Assembly (NCBI GenBank): GCA_951406725.2
Contig: OX597830.1
Span: 58,528,001-58,592,000, forward strand
Direction of reading: 5' to 3'
Source of the DNA: Octopus vulgaris
Taxonomy: Eukaryota
DNA: 64,000 bases
The position numbers were made by a program, and so were the translations under genes. Positions 52,801-64,000 of the stretch are shown here, piece after piece. Position 1 is the stretch's first letter, and each line of letters opens with the position of its first letter. A model generated the notes under the pieces. It worked only from the letters and a program-made list of their open reading frames with translations. It did not search any database and was not told the DNA's origin.

Positions 52801-55800
52801 GTGCTTTATAGGTAGTACCAGCACCAGTGCTTTATAGGTAGTACCAGCACCAGTGCTTTATAGGTGGTACCAGCACTAGTGCTTTATAGGTGGTACCAGC
52901 ACCAGTGCTTTATAGGTGGTACCAGCACCAGTGCTTTATAGGTAGTACCAGCACTAGTGCTTTATAGGTGGTACCAGCACTAGTGCTTTATAGGTGGTAC
53001 CAGCACCAGTGCTTTATAGGTGGTACCAGCACTAGTGCTTTATAGGTGGTACCAGCACCAGTGCTTTATAGGTGGTACCAGCACTAGTGCTTTATAGGTG
53101 GTACCAGCACTAGTGCTTTATAGGTAGTACCAGCACTAGTGCTTTATAGGTGGTACCAGCACTAGTGCTTTATAGGTGGTACCAGCACCAGTGCTTTATA
53201 GGTGGTACCAGCACTAGTGCTTTATAGGTAGTACCAGCACTAGTGCTTTATAGGTGGTACCAGCACTAGTGCTTTATAGGTAGTACCAGCACTAGTGCTT
53301 TATAGGTGGTACCAGCACTAGTGCTTTATAGGTGGTACCAGCACCAGTGCTTTATAGGTGGTACCAGCACTAGTGCTTTATAGGTGGTACCAGCACCAGT
53401 GCTTTATAGGTAGTACCAGCACTAGTGCTTTATAGGTGGTACCAGCACTAGTGCTTTATAGGTGGTACCAGCACCAGTGCTTTATAGGTGGTACCAGCAC
53501 TAGTGCTTTATAGGTGGTACCAGCACTAGTGCTTTATAGGTGGTACCAGCACCAGTGCTTTATAGGTGGTACCAGCACTAGTGCTTTATAGGTGGTACCA
53601 GCACTAGTGCTTTATAGGTAGTACCAGCACTAGTGCTTTATAGGTGGTACCAGCACTAGTGCTTTATAGGTGGTACCAGCACTAGTGCTTTATAGGTGGT
53701 ACCAGCACCAGTGCTTTATAGGTGGTACCAGCACTAGTGCTTTATAGGTGGTACCAGCACCAGTGCTTTATAGGTGGTACCAGCACTAGTGCTTTATAGG
53801 TGGTACCAGCACCAGTGCTTTATAGGTGGTACCAGCACTAGTGCTTTATAGGTGGTACCAGCACTAGTGCTTTATAGGTGGTACCAGCACCAGTGCTTTA
53901 TAGGTGGTACCAGCACCAGTGCTTTATAGGTGGTACCAGCACTAGTGCTTTATAGGTGGTACCAGCACTAGTGCTTTATAGGTGGTACCAGCACTAGTGC
54001 TTTATAGGTAGTACCAGCACTAGTGCTTTATAGGTGGTACCAGCACCAGTGCTTTATAGGTAGTACCAGCACTAGTGCTTTATAGGTGGTACCAGCACTA
54101 GTGCTTTATAGGTGGTACCAGCACTAGTGCTTTATAGGTGGTACCAGCACTAGTGCTTTATAGGTAGTACCAGCACTAGTGCTTTATAGGTGGTACCAGC
54201 ACTAGTGCTTTATAGGTAGTACCAGCACTAGTGCTTTATAGGTGGTACCAGCACTAGTGCTTTATAGGTGGTACCAGCACCAGTGCTTTATAGGTGGTAC
54301 CAGCACTAGTGCTTTATAGGTGGTACCAGCACCAGTGCTTTATAGGTAGTACCAGCACTAGTGCTTTATAGGTGGTACCAGCACTAGTGCTTTATAGGTG
54401 GTACCAGCACCAGTGCTTTATAGGTGGTACCAGCACTAGTGCTTTATAGGTGGTACCAGCACTAGTGCTTTATAGGTGGTACCAGCACCAGTGCTTTATA
54501 GGTGGTACCAGCACTAGTGCTTTATAGGTAGTACCAGCACCAGTGCTTTATAGGTGGTACCAGCACTAGTGCTTTATAGGTAGTACCAGCACTAGTGCTT
54601 TATAGGTAGTACCAGCACCAGTGCTTTATAGGTGGTACCAGCACTAGTGCTTTATAGGTAGTACCAGCACCAGTGCTTTATAGGTGGTACCAGCACTAGT
54701 GCTTTATAGGTGGTACCAGCACCAGTGCTTTATAGGTGGTACCAGCACTAGTGCTTTATAGGTAGTACCAGCACTAGTGCTTTATGGTAGTACCAGCACC
54801 AGTGCTTTATAGGTAGTACCAGCACTAGTGCTTTATAGGTGGTACCAGCACTAGTGCTTTATAGGTAGTACCAGCACCAGTGCTTTATAGGTGGTACCAG
54901 CACTAGTGCTTTATAGGTAGTACCAGCACCAGTGCTTTATAGGTGGTACCAGCACTAGTGCTTTATAGGTGGTACCAGCACCAGTGCTTTATAGGTGGTA
55001 CCAGCACTAGTGCTTTATAGGTAGTACCAGCACTAGTGCTTTATAGGTAGTACCAGCACCAGTGCTTTATAGGTAGTACCAGCACTAGTGCTTTATAGGT
55101 GGTACCAGCACTAGTGCTTTATAGGTAGTACCAGCACCAGTGCTTTATAGGTGGTACCAGCACTAGTGCTTTATAGGTGTGCTTTATAGGTGGTACCAGC
55201 ACCTTTATAGGTGCCAGCACTAGTGCTTTATAGGTAGTACCAGCACCAGTGCTTTATAGGTGTACCTTTCTAGTGCTTTATAGGTGGTACCAGCACTAGT
55301 GCTTTATAGGTAGTACCAGCACCAGTGCTTTATAGGTGGTACCAGCACCAGTGCTTTATAGGTAGTACCAGCACTAGTGCTTTATAGGTGGTACCAGCAC
55401 CAGTGCTTTATAGGTGGTACCAGCACTAGTGCTTTATAGGTGTACCAGCACCAGTGCTTTATAGGTAGTACCAGCACTAGTGCTTTATAGTGGTACCAGC
55501 ACAGTGCTTTATAGGTAGTACCAGCACTAGTAGGTAGTACCAGCACTAGTGCTTTATAGGTGGTACCACCAGTGCTTTATAGGTGGTACCACACCAGTGC
55601 TTTATAGGTAGTACCAGCACTAGTGCTTTATAGGTAGTACCAGCACTAGTGCTTTATAGGTAGTACCATAGGTAGTACCAGCACTAGTGCTTTATAGGTG
55701 GTACCAGCACTAGTGCTTTATAGGTAGGTACCAGCACTAGTGCTTTATAGGTGTACCAGCACCAGTGCTTTATAGGTGGTACCAGCACTAGTGCTTTATA

Positions 55801-58800
55801 GGTAGTACCAGCACTAGTGCTTTATAGGTGGTACCAGCACCAGTGCTTTATAGGTGGTACCAGCACTAGTGCTTTATAGGTGGTACCAGCACCAGTGCTT
55901 TATAGGTAGTACCAGCACTAGTGCTTTATAGGTGGTACCAGCACCAGTGCTTTATAGGTGGTACCAGCACTAGTGCTTTATAGGTAGTACCAGCACCAGT
56001 GCTTTATAGGTAGTACCAGCACTAGTGCTTTATAGGTGGTACCAGCACTAGTGCTTTATAGGTAGTACCAGCACCAGTGCTTTATAGGTGGTACCAGCAC
56101 TAGTGCTTAGGTACCAGCACAGTGCTTTATAGGTACCAGCACTAGTGCTTTATAGGTGGTACCAGCACAGTGCTTTATAGGTGGTACCAGCACTAGTGCT
56201 TTATAGGTGTACCAGCACAGTGCTTTATAGGTAGTACCAGCACTACCAGCACTAGTGCTTTATAGGTGGTACCAGCACTAGTGCTTTATAGGTGGTACCA
56301 GCACTAGTGCTTTATAGGTGGTACCAGCACTAGTGGTATTATAGGTAGTACCAGCACCAGTGCTTTATAGGTGGTACCAGCACTAGTGCTTTATAGGTAG
56401 TACCAGCATCAGTGCTTTATAGGTGGTACCAGCACCAGTGCTTTATAGGTGGTACCAGCACCAGTGCTTTATAGGTGGTACCAGCACTAGTGCTTTATAG
56501 GTGGTACCAGCACCAGTGCTTTATAGGTGGTACCAGCACCAGTGCTTTATAGGTGGTACCAGCACTAGTGCTTTATAGGTAGTACCAGCACCAGTGCTTT
56601 ATAGGTGGTACCAGCACCAGTGCTTTATAGGTGGTACCAGCACTAGTGCTTTATAGGTGGTACCAGCACTAGTGCTTTATAGGTGGTACCAGCACCAGTG
56701 CTTTATAGGTGGTACCAGCACTAGTGCTTTATAGGTGGTACCAGCACCAGTGCTTTATAGGTGGTACCAGCACTAGTGCTTTATAGGTAGTACCAGCACC
56801 AGTGCTTTATAGGTGGTACCAGCACCAGTGCTTTATAGGTGGTACCAGCACTAGTGCTTTATAGGTGGTACCAGCACCAGTGCTTTATAGGTGGTACCAG
56901 CACCAGTGCTTTATAGGTGGTACCAGCACCAGTGCTTTATAGGTGGTACCAGCACTAGTGCTTTATAGGTGGTACCAGCACCAGTGCTTTATAGGTGGTA
57001 CCAGCACCAGTGCTTTATAGGTGGTACCAGCACTAGTGCTTTATAGGTGGTACCAGCACTAGTGCTTTATAGGTAGTACCAGCACCAGTGCTTTATAGGT
57101 GGTACCAGCACCAGTGCTTTATAGGTAGTACCAGCACCAGTGCTTTATAGGTGGTACCAGCACCAGTGCTTTATAGGTGGTACCAGCACCAGTGCTTTAT
57201 AGGTGGTACCAGCACCAGTGCTTTATAGGTGGTACCAGCACTAGTGCTTTATAGGTGGTACCAGCATCAGTGCTTTTTACGTGGCACAATCACCAGTGTT
57301 TTTGAAGGCTGATTCAATCAGTGTGTAGACTTGAGAATGATGTTGGTGTAGATGAGTGAAAAGGGGTGCAGTGGAGACCTTATTTTCATGTCTCAGCACA
57401 GTTTCTGAATTTAGTTTCTCTGCATTAAGTTGGTTTGTTATTTGGAATATAATGTTCTTTCTTTCTTTCAGTTGTATTTATCATGGTGCCATGAAGATGT
57501 ATATTATGAAGTAAGTAAAACCAGTTAACAAAATTTGTTTTGGAATTTTAAATCCCCACATTGATTACACAAGAGTATAATTTATCAAAATTACACCATT
57601 GACGATCGTTTTCTAAATGACTAAAAATGTCACTTTTTACAAAAGATCAGATTCAGTTACAACTTTATTTAAAATAATTGGGTTGTCTCCCCTTTCCCCC
57701 TCTCTTCTAGAATTAATCATTTGGAGAAAGGTTTTGTCCCAATCCCAGAGAGTATGATTTTCATTAAGTTAAATAAGTCCTACATAATGGATGCTGGTAC
57801 TCACTTTACAAGTTATACATCCAGCTGAGCAAAGAATTCTGAATAATTAATTAAGTCATGATGATGATTTTATAAAATGTATTTTATTTTTCTGTTTAGA
57901 TTACTAAACCTCGATATGGAGCCTGTTATCCTTGGCCCCTTAATATGATATTACCTTTGAAAAAGTTCACAGAGATTAAAAATCGGTTAAATAGTATCGG
58001 TTGGTTTAGCAAATCCTTTGATGAGGTAAGTAGAACAGTTTTCACTTCTGCATTTCATTTTCCATTATTGGTTTGTCTGTTAGTTTTAAAGTTTCTCATT
58101 AAATGCCTGCAGAAATAATTAATGATAAATTTATGCATTAGTATGATTAATTTTTTTTTTGCATTAGTATCAGTTAAAACAAATTATCCTTTTTTTTGTA
58201 TTTTCTCTAATTCTATATTTAAAAATGGGAGATTGACAAATGTGCAATCATGTTTGTGTGTTCATTGCTTACAATGGACGGATATTTGTCCTCATCTTGT
58301 TTGTTGCTACCACAATGTTTCAGCTGATGTACTCTCCAGCCTTCATCAGGTGTTCTGATGGAATTTCGAACCCAACCCTTTATTTGACTAATGGGGTACT
58401 CTGTTCTCATTCCTAGGGTATTCTTTTCTTTCTTGCTCTTTTTTTTTGCTGATGTTATTCTTTTCTGTTGATATTATTTCCCAAGTCCCTGCCTGGGATT
58501 GAACTCAGAGTCTGAGGGTTAGTAACCTGTGCTCTTATCTGCTACACTATATGCCAGTAGCCTACAGACATAAGAACAGAGTACCCCATTAGTCAAATAA
58601 AGGGTTGGGTTCGAAATTCCACCAGAACACTTGATGAGGGCTGGAGAGTACATCAGCTGAAATGTTGTGATAACAACAAAGTGAGGACACCTATCCGTCT
58701 AATGTAACTAATGTACATAATTCCTCATTTTCTTAATTTTCAAGGCAATATAATGAGAAAAACGGACAGAAGGTGAAATGAAGCCTTTCAAGTGAGGTGT

Positions 58801-61599
58801 GGGGGACATACACTGTTGCAGCATGCTGCAGCATTCACCATTTGTCAGTGTATTCCTAGGTGCACCCAGGCGACCTGTTGAGCAAAGTCTCAGTCAGTCC
58901 CCATCTCCATAAGAAACCTTCTCATTTGCCATCACCATGTGGCTTGTGAGAATCATCATCATCATTGTTTACTGTCCGCTTTCTGTGCTGGCATGGGTTG
59001 GACGGTTTGACTGAGGGCTGGCGAGCCAGAAAGCTGCACCAGTCTCCAATCTGATCTGGCAAAGTTTCTAAGTTGGATGCCCTTCCTAATGCCAACCACT
59101 CTGAGAGTGTAGTGGGTGCTTTTACGTGCCACTGTTATGAGGACCATTCAGGCGGTACTGGCATCAGCCATGCTTAAATGGTGCTTTTTACGTGCCACTG
59201 GCACAGGCAACGATCATGCTTGAACGGTGCTTTTAACGTTCCACTGCATCAAAATAAAACCTTTGCTATTTATCTATCAGAGGCCCGTCTGACTGGCTCC
59301 TGTGTTGGTGGCATGTAAAAAGTACCAACTGAACATGGCCGATGCCAGTACCCCCATACTAGCTCCCATGCTGGTGGCATGTAAAAAGCACCAACCAATT
59401 GTGACCGATACCACTACTCCCTGACTAGTTCCCATGCTGGTGGCACATAAAAAGCACCATCCAAACATGAACATTGCCATGCCTGCCTTACTGGCGCCTG
59501 TGCTGGTGGCATGTTAAAAGCACCCACTACACTCTTAGAATGGTTGGTGTTAGGAAGGGCATCCAGCTGTAGAAACTCTGCCAGATCAGACTGGAGCCTG
59601 GTGCAGCTGCTGTCTCTCCAGCTCTCAGTCAAGCCGTCCAACCCATGCCAGCATGGAAAACGGATGTTGATCAATGATGATAATGATGATGAAGAAAGTA
59701 AGGGTCTGGTGAGTAGAAACATGTAGCAGATGGTCTCTGTAAATCATGAAAGAGTCTTGGTGCCGGCAGCATTCTGGGATTAGAAAAGAATTGTTTTGAT
59801 GGATATTAATATTTCATGGAAAACATTTTATTTTGGTTAACTTAATTCTATTTGTCTAGAGGCTACTGACAAATTTCCAAATCTAAAAGGACAGATTAAA
59901 ATCAGTTCCACAAAGACCAATTTCTTGCTGATAGCATATTACGGAGATATGTTGTGACTGAAAAAAACCCAGCAAATAAAGTGAGATCACAGCTGTAACC
60001 TACACTCAAAAGTACCTTGGATCGTAGGGCAACATGCTGTGCTTGAGGAGGCCTCTTGAGTCAAGTACATCAACATCAAATGAAATCAAATCACAATCAA
60101 ATGGAAATTGTAGTTGTGATTCCTGTGCTGGTGGCACGTAAAAAGCACCACCTGAATGTGGCTGATGCCAGTGCCACCTTGACTGGCTTCCGTGCCAGTG
60201 GCACGTAAAAAGCACCATCCAATCGTGGTCGATGCCAGCTCCTGTGGCACGTAAAAGGCACCCACTATACTCTCAGAGTGGTTGGTGTTAGGAAGGATAT
60301 CCAGCTGTAGAAACATTGCGAGATCAGATTGGAGCCTGGTGCAGCCTCCAGGCTTCCCAGACCCCAGTCGAACCGTCCAACCCATGCCAGCATGGAAAAT
60401 GGACGTTAAACGATGATGATGAGAGTACCATCTGGGAAATAACCTTGCTTAAAATATACAACAGAAGTTGTAGGAGGGGGGAAATCAGTACTTCAATATT
60501 TTGTACCCCAAAGAGTACTGTAATATTTGACAAGTACTGAAAAGGAAGCAGAATTTTAAACACATAAGAAGCCAACAAAACCAGTGGAATTTTATAGCTG
60601 ACATTTTAAAAGTAGTTGATAGTTTCTGTAACTGATATAATTAGTGCTGTAGGTGGTTGTAATGAAAGCCGAGTGGTTCGGGTGGAAGAAGTGCAAAGAA
60701 CTGTTGTAGTCATTCACAATGAAGACTGTTTTTTTCTGTGCAAAGGACAGAGTATGAGACATTGGTAAGAAATGGGATGCATTTTCTCTAAGACATTTCT
60801 TTAATGTAGTTTGATAAATTAGTGTCTTTGAAACAATGCATTTTATTTCTGCAAGCTCTATGTTGTACCTCATTAAAACTTGTTTTTATTTTAGAGTCCT
60901 CCACACACCATTTTTACATCTGTATTTCCATATTGCCATGAGTTGGATAGGCCGTTACAGTTTGCGTCAGTTCCTATTCAGAGTTACTGCCCTTTGCAGT
61001 TGGACAGCCAGTGATGCAGCTCGGAGAGCCTACATCTCTTTTGTCTGTTCTATTTTTGGCATGGTTACTACAACTGAATGTCCTTCCTACCACAACCAAC
61101 CAATTTACAGAGTGCCCTGAGGGCATTTGATCCTTCCACTGGCACTAGAGTGGTTGTCTAGTTGTCATCAAATTGAAAACTCTACTCTGTATCATTTATT
61201 TGGATATAATGCCCTCCTTGCCTGGGGAGTGTCTTGTGGAGTTCACAATAAGACTAATACCAGAATAAATGAAGACTTGTGGAATTATATTTGCTAATAT
61301 TCTCTGTCTAATAGCTGTATTTGAGAGAAAATAATCTTGAAATACTTAATGATGTGTTTGTGTTCATTGTAATTCTAACCATGGTCTTGGTTGGAATCTG
61401 GAATAAAGTCAGATTTAACAATAGGCTCGGTATATTACGATATACAGTGTTTTGTGTATCACAAAATAAATATTTCATATTTTATTTAATAAAATATATT
61501 TATCACATTTTGTTTATTGCAGGTGTGTGAACAGATAAAGACCTGTTGTCAGGTTTTGTCTGAAAGACTTGGAAATCAAACATACTTTTTTGGAGACAA
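40819..61599 (+). CDS. MTX2: Metaxin-2 (mitochondrial outer-membrane SAM complex, GST-like fold), exons 1-8; 3' end beyond window
   Basis: Spliced protein [52 protein letters not shown]...[14 protein letters not shown]...[10 protein letters not shown]...LYLSWC...[11 protein letters not shown]...[14 protein letters not shown] aligns by recall with human MTX2; all phases are consistent. Confidence 0.95.
43298..43600 (+). mobile_element. Decayed tRNA-derived SINE (V-domain-like)
   Basis: tagccttgtggttag...gggttcaattccc head, then accctgtgatggac segment, ending in (atcacatg)n. Confidence 0.55.
45850..46000 (-). mobile_element. CR1/L2-type LINE 3' fragment
   Basis: Translation [22 protein letters not shown]...PFKT resembles the conserved FFS.RVV..WN.LP C-terminus of CR1-group RTs. 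Confidence 0.65.
46321..46368 (+). CDS. MTX2: MTX2 exon 2 ([15 protein letters not shown])
   Basis: Long polypyrimidine acceptor ...ccccacag, donor gttagt. Confidence 0.93.
48135..49052. mobile_element. Head-to-head inverted pair of a tRNA-headed, hammerhead-containing element, interrupted by the Dong fragment
   Basis: 48135-48408 is the reverse complement of 48413-48508 joined to 48897-49052; centre tatgcc-caca-ggcata. CTGATGA..GGCTG..CAGCC GAAA motifs at 48220-48265 (-) and 48963-49006 (+). Confidence 0.8.
48509..48913 (+). mobile_element. 5'-truncated R4/Dong-clade non-LTR retrotransposon (restriction-like endonuclease C-terminus plus 3' UTR) inserted in (AAT)n
   Basis: [53 protein letters not shown]...[15 protein letters not shown] is the RLE tail typical of R4/Dong; (AAT)n lies on both sides. 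Confidence 0.85.
49445..49564 (+). CDS. MTX2: MTX2 exon 3 ([12 protein letters not shown]...NAEEMSPS)
   Basis: Acceptor tttcag, donor gtaaga. Confidence 0.95.
49681..49757 (+). CDS. MTX2: MTX2 exon 4 ([26 protein letters not shown])
   Basis: Acceptor ctacttcag, donor gtttgt. Confidence 0.95.
50908..51660 (+). repeat. Higher-order tandem repeat (66+62 = 128-bp dimer, about 6 dimers) amplified inside a minus-strand RTE tail
   Basis: ggtgctttttatgtgccac recurs at 50908, 50974, 51036, 51102... with alternating A (caggcagtactggcattggccatgttcta) and B (ggcggcactggcatcgaccacaa) subunits. Confidence 0.9.
52120..52212 (+). CDS. MTX2: MTX2 exon 5 ([31 protein letters not shown])
   Basis: Acceptor tttccacag, donor gtcagt. 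Confidence 0.95.
52430..57275 (+). repeat. 26-bp minisatellite, about 186 copies, unit CAGCAC(C/T)AGTGCTTTATAGGT(G/A)GTAC, in MTX2 intron 5
   Basis: Directly visible; 4846 bp / 26. Degenerate zone at ~55170-56340. Confidence 0.98.
57472..57510 (+). CDS. MTX2: MTX2 exon 6 ([13 protein letters not shown])
   Basis: Acceptor ctttctttcag, donor gtaagt. Confidence 0.93.
57900..58025 (+). CDS. MTX2: MTX2 exon 7 ([15 protein letters not shown]...GWFSKSFDE)
   Basis: RYG.xYPWPLN metaxin motif; donor gtaagt. Confidence 0.95.
58210..58737. mobile_element. Second inverted pair of the same hammerhead-containing family (MTX2 intron 7); truncated third copy at 25520-25702 (-)
   Basis: About 58270-58410 pairs with 58573-58735. 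Hammerhead-like motifs at 58309-58354 (-) and 58626-58670 (+); decayed tRNA-like head at ~58485-58556 (-). Confidence 0.75.
61523..61599 (+). CDS. MTX2: MTX2 exon 8 ([25 protein letters not shown])
   Basis: Acceptor ttattgcag, donor gtaaat. Confidence 0.94.
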
Positions 61600-62039
61600 G
61601 TAAATATCCCTGTTTCAGTTATTGCCTTTCGTTTTTTTTTTTTGTGTGTGATTAGCAGATACTCTTCAGTTCGTTGGTGCATCAAGAGGCTTAGTAGTGA
61701 AGCGGTTAAAGCTGGCCATAGATACAAGGCACAGAAAGGGGTGATTCACTGAAAATAAAGTGGGAAGGGAGGATGTTGATAGAAGTGGTTTCAGGGAGAA
61801 GAAAGGTAACTGGTGGCACAAAAAAAAAAAAGGGATGAAATATGTGCAGATTCTGTTCTCATATGAACACAGTAGTTTAATGGTGGCTTGGTTAGGAGGA
61901 TGATAGAGGGGTGTGAAGTGGGGAAGGATTGATGGGAATAAATTGGGTGCAGGTGAAGGCCCATAATGATTAAGACCTCACTTTTGCTGTGATGTTTGGG
62001 TCTTCTTGAGCACATCAAATCATCAATCATCTTGATCCT

Positions 62040-62510
62040 TTGGCATCTCCATGAGACAACATTTTGTGATCAGATTTTGCTACATCATTCCTTGTTTTGT
62101 TGGGTTTCACTCTTCCACAAGTCCCATCCACATTTAGCAGTTGGCGTTTCTTGATGCAGCTGTTCTCATCCATATGCATCACATGACCATATCACTGTAA
62201 TCTTCTCTTTTGCACTCTACATTTGATGACTCTTCTGCTCAATTTTCCTCTCAATAAATGTGCACCAAACCATAAATTCATACTGATGTTGCACATCCAA
62301 TGGACCATACTAGCTTCATTCCTCTCTAGCCTTCACAAGTCCTCTGCATTCAGGGCCCACCTCTCACTGCCTTGTAGCATTACTGTTTGCACAAAAGCAC
62401 CATACAGTCTGCCTTTCACTCTCAGAGACGGAGACCTTTTGTTACTATAAAAGGGAACAACTCCCTCAACATCCTTCATCCTGTTTTTATTCCAGCAACC
62501 ATACTTTCAG
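62040..62510 (-). mobile_element. Decayed RTE LINE ORF2 C-terminal fragment
   Basis: Reverse strand reads ...RVKGRLYGAFVQTVMLQGSERWALNAED..RLERNEASMVHWMCN, homologous to 26700-26820. Confidence 0.75.
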
Positions 62511-63029
62511 AAGTAACATAGGATCCTTTCCCTGTAACTCCAGTCAAGTTATTTTATTGAATATTTCTACATTTAAAATCTTAAAAAGTAATGCAACACT
62601 TCAACAACTTATTTTGGTAATGAGATACGTATATATTGCAGAATAATATTGCTTGTAGGCCCATAAGAAAATGCTGTGGCATCGGTCTTAAACAGAAGAC
62701 ACTAGAAATGGTGGTGGTGGTGGCGGCGGCGGCGGCTGTAAAAGAACTGAGCCTTTGCATCACAAACTGAAGGAAGAAGGTGACCAGTGCTGTTATCTTT
62801 GTTGATCATATCAAGAATGGAAAAGGACCAAAGTGATTGGGGATTTGCTGTTCTCACTCCCCACAACAAAAACAATGTCCTAAAAGCACCCTGTGGATGC
62901 TTGTAACCCATTCTGCCCAGTCAAGCATTCCCACACCTTATCCTTCCGGCACCCAGCTACCCCCCACCTTGCTCCTCTATCTATGGCAGTACTTTGCTGG
63001 TTGTATTTGAGAGCAGAATAGGCACATAC

Positions 63030-63560
63030 TACTACTCCACTCCCCCCCCCCATTCTTTGCACTTCCAGTTACCTCCTCTACCTCCTCCTCCTCCTCTTCC
63101 CTGCAAGCCTTCCATCCCTTATTCTCGTCCTGCATTCCTTTCCCCAACTATTCTCACCAAACACCTCTTTTTTGTGCCTTCAGATGGCTCTCTCTCTTCC
63201 ACTATACTCCATCTCAGGACCTCACATATAACTGCTATCAATCTCAACACCCCTTCATATACCCCATCCTATTCCACTCATTCTGCTCACTCTCACATCA
63301 CCCCCTCTATCGCTCCTTCACCCTTGCACATCACCCCCTTCCCTCCTTCCTGAGCCACTTCCATCCCTCTCACCTTACCCACCCCACTTTCCACACTGAT
63401 ATTTCCCACCAACCTCACCTTCACCCTTGCACATCATTCAATACATTCACCTCTATCCCTACCCCTTCTCTAACCACTTGCTACCCTCCACTCACCCTTC
63501 CCACCCTCACCTTCTGATCCCCCTGAACCTGTCTTCTGCCTTGACACTTTGCTCTGACAC
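63030..63560 (+). repeat. Pyrimidine-rich low-complexity tract
   Basis: About 500 bp of C/T-dominated sequence with very few G. Confidence 0.8.
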
Positions 63561-64000
63561 ACCCTCTCTTTCTTTTCTTGTCCTTTTTATCATTTTCTTG
63601 TTTCCTAATTACTGCTATTCACTCTTACAGTGCTGGGGTAGCCATGTCTCTCTTCTATAGCAAGAAACCTGTTCTTGTCCCTCAGCACCTGACATATAAC
63701 CACTGCCCCCTTCCTAAGCCCCTTACCCCCACCACCCTAATTAGTCACATGGACTTTCCTTTTTCCTGTTCCTCTTTTTTTTGTCTTGAAAGTTGCTTGG
63801 CAACCTCACTAGTGCTGGTGCCAGAAAACAAAAAGCACCCAAGCACCCGGGTAAGGTAGTTGGCTTTTGGAAGGCCTCCAACCTTCAGAAGCATGCCAAT
63901 GTTGATGTTGGAACTTGGTACGCTTGCTGGATCCTCTCAAACCATCCCAACCATGCCAGCATGGAATATGAAAGTTAAATGATGATGATACACACACACG

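Noticed and set aside
52430-57275. CRISPR-like array of palindromic 26-bp repeats
   Set aside because: Units are head-to-tail with no unique spacers, there are no cas genes, and the context is a eukaryotic intron.
62994-63353. Pro/Ser/His-rich 119-aa ORF
   Set aside because: By-product of a pyrimidine-rich low-complexity intronic tract.

Overview
AT-rich, repeat-dense eukaryotic DNA with GT-AG introns. The SINE/RTE repeat families and gene content suggest an octopod cephalopod (Octopus sp.; inferred from repeat recognition only). Three + strand genes can be rebuilt exon by exon with consistent phases: (1) the last coding exon of TEN1 (CST telomere complex; 3559-3865); (2) a complete METTL17/Rsm22 mitoribosome assembly factor (15 coding exons, 10553-35501, 507 aa, SAM motif I and Fe-S cysteines intact); (3) metaxin-2, MTX2 (8 coding exons, 40819-61599, 3' end outside the window). 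Most ORF-track ORFs are artefacts of RTE-LINE 3' tails, tRNA-derived SINEs and MITEs. The most unusual signals are two families of palindromic, Penelope-type elements carrying minimal hammerhead ribozyme motifs on both strands. One is a near-perfect 281-bp palindrome whose core shows a G3-C8 compensatory swap; the other joins a tRNA-like Pol III head to a hammerhead body. Also notable are a ~4.85-kb 26-bp minisatellite with two dimorphic sites in MTX2 intron 5, derived from a LINE-tail subrepeat, and a ~420-bp inverted duplication just upstream of the METTL17 start codon.
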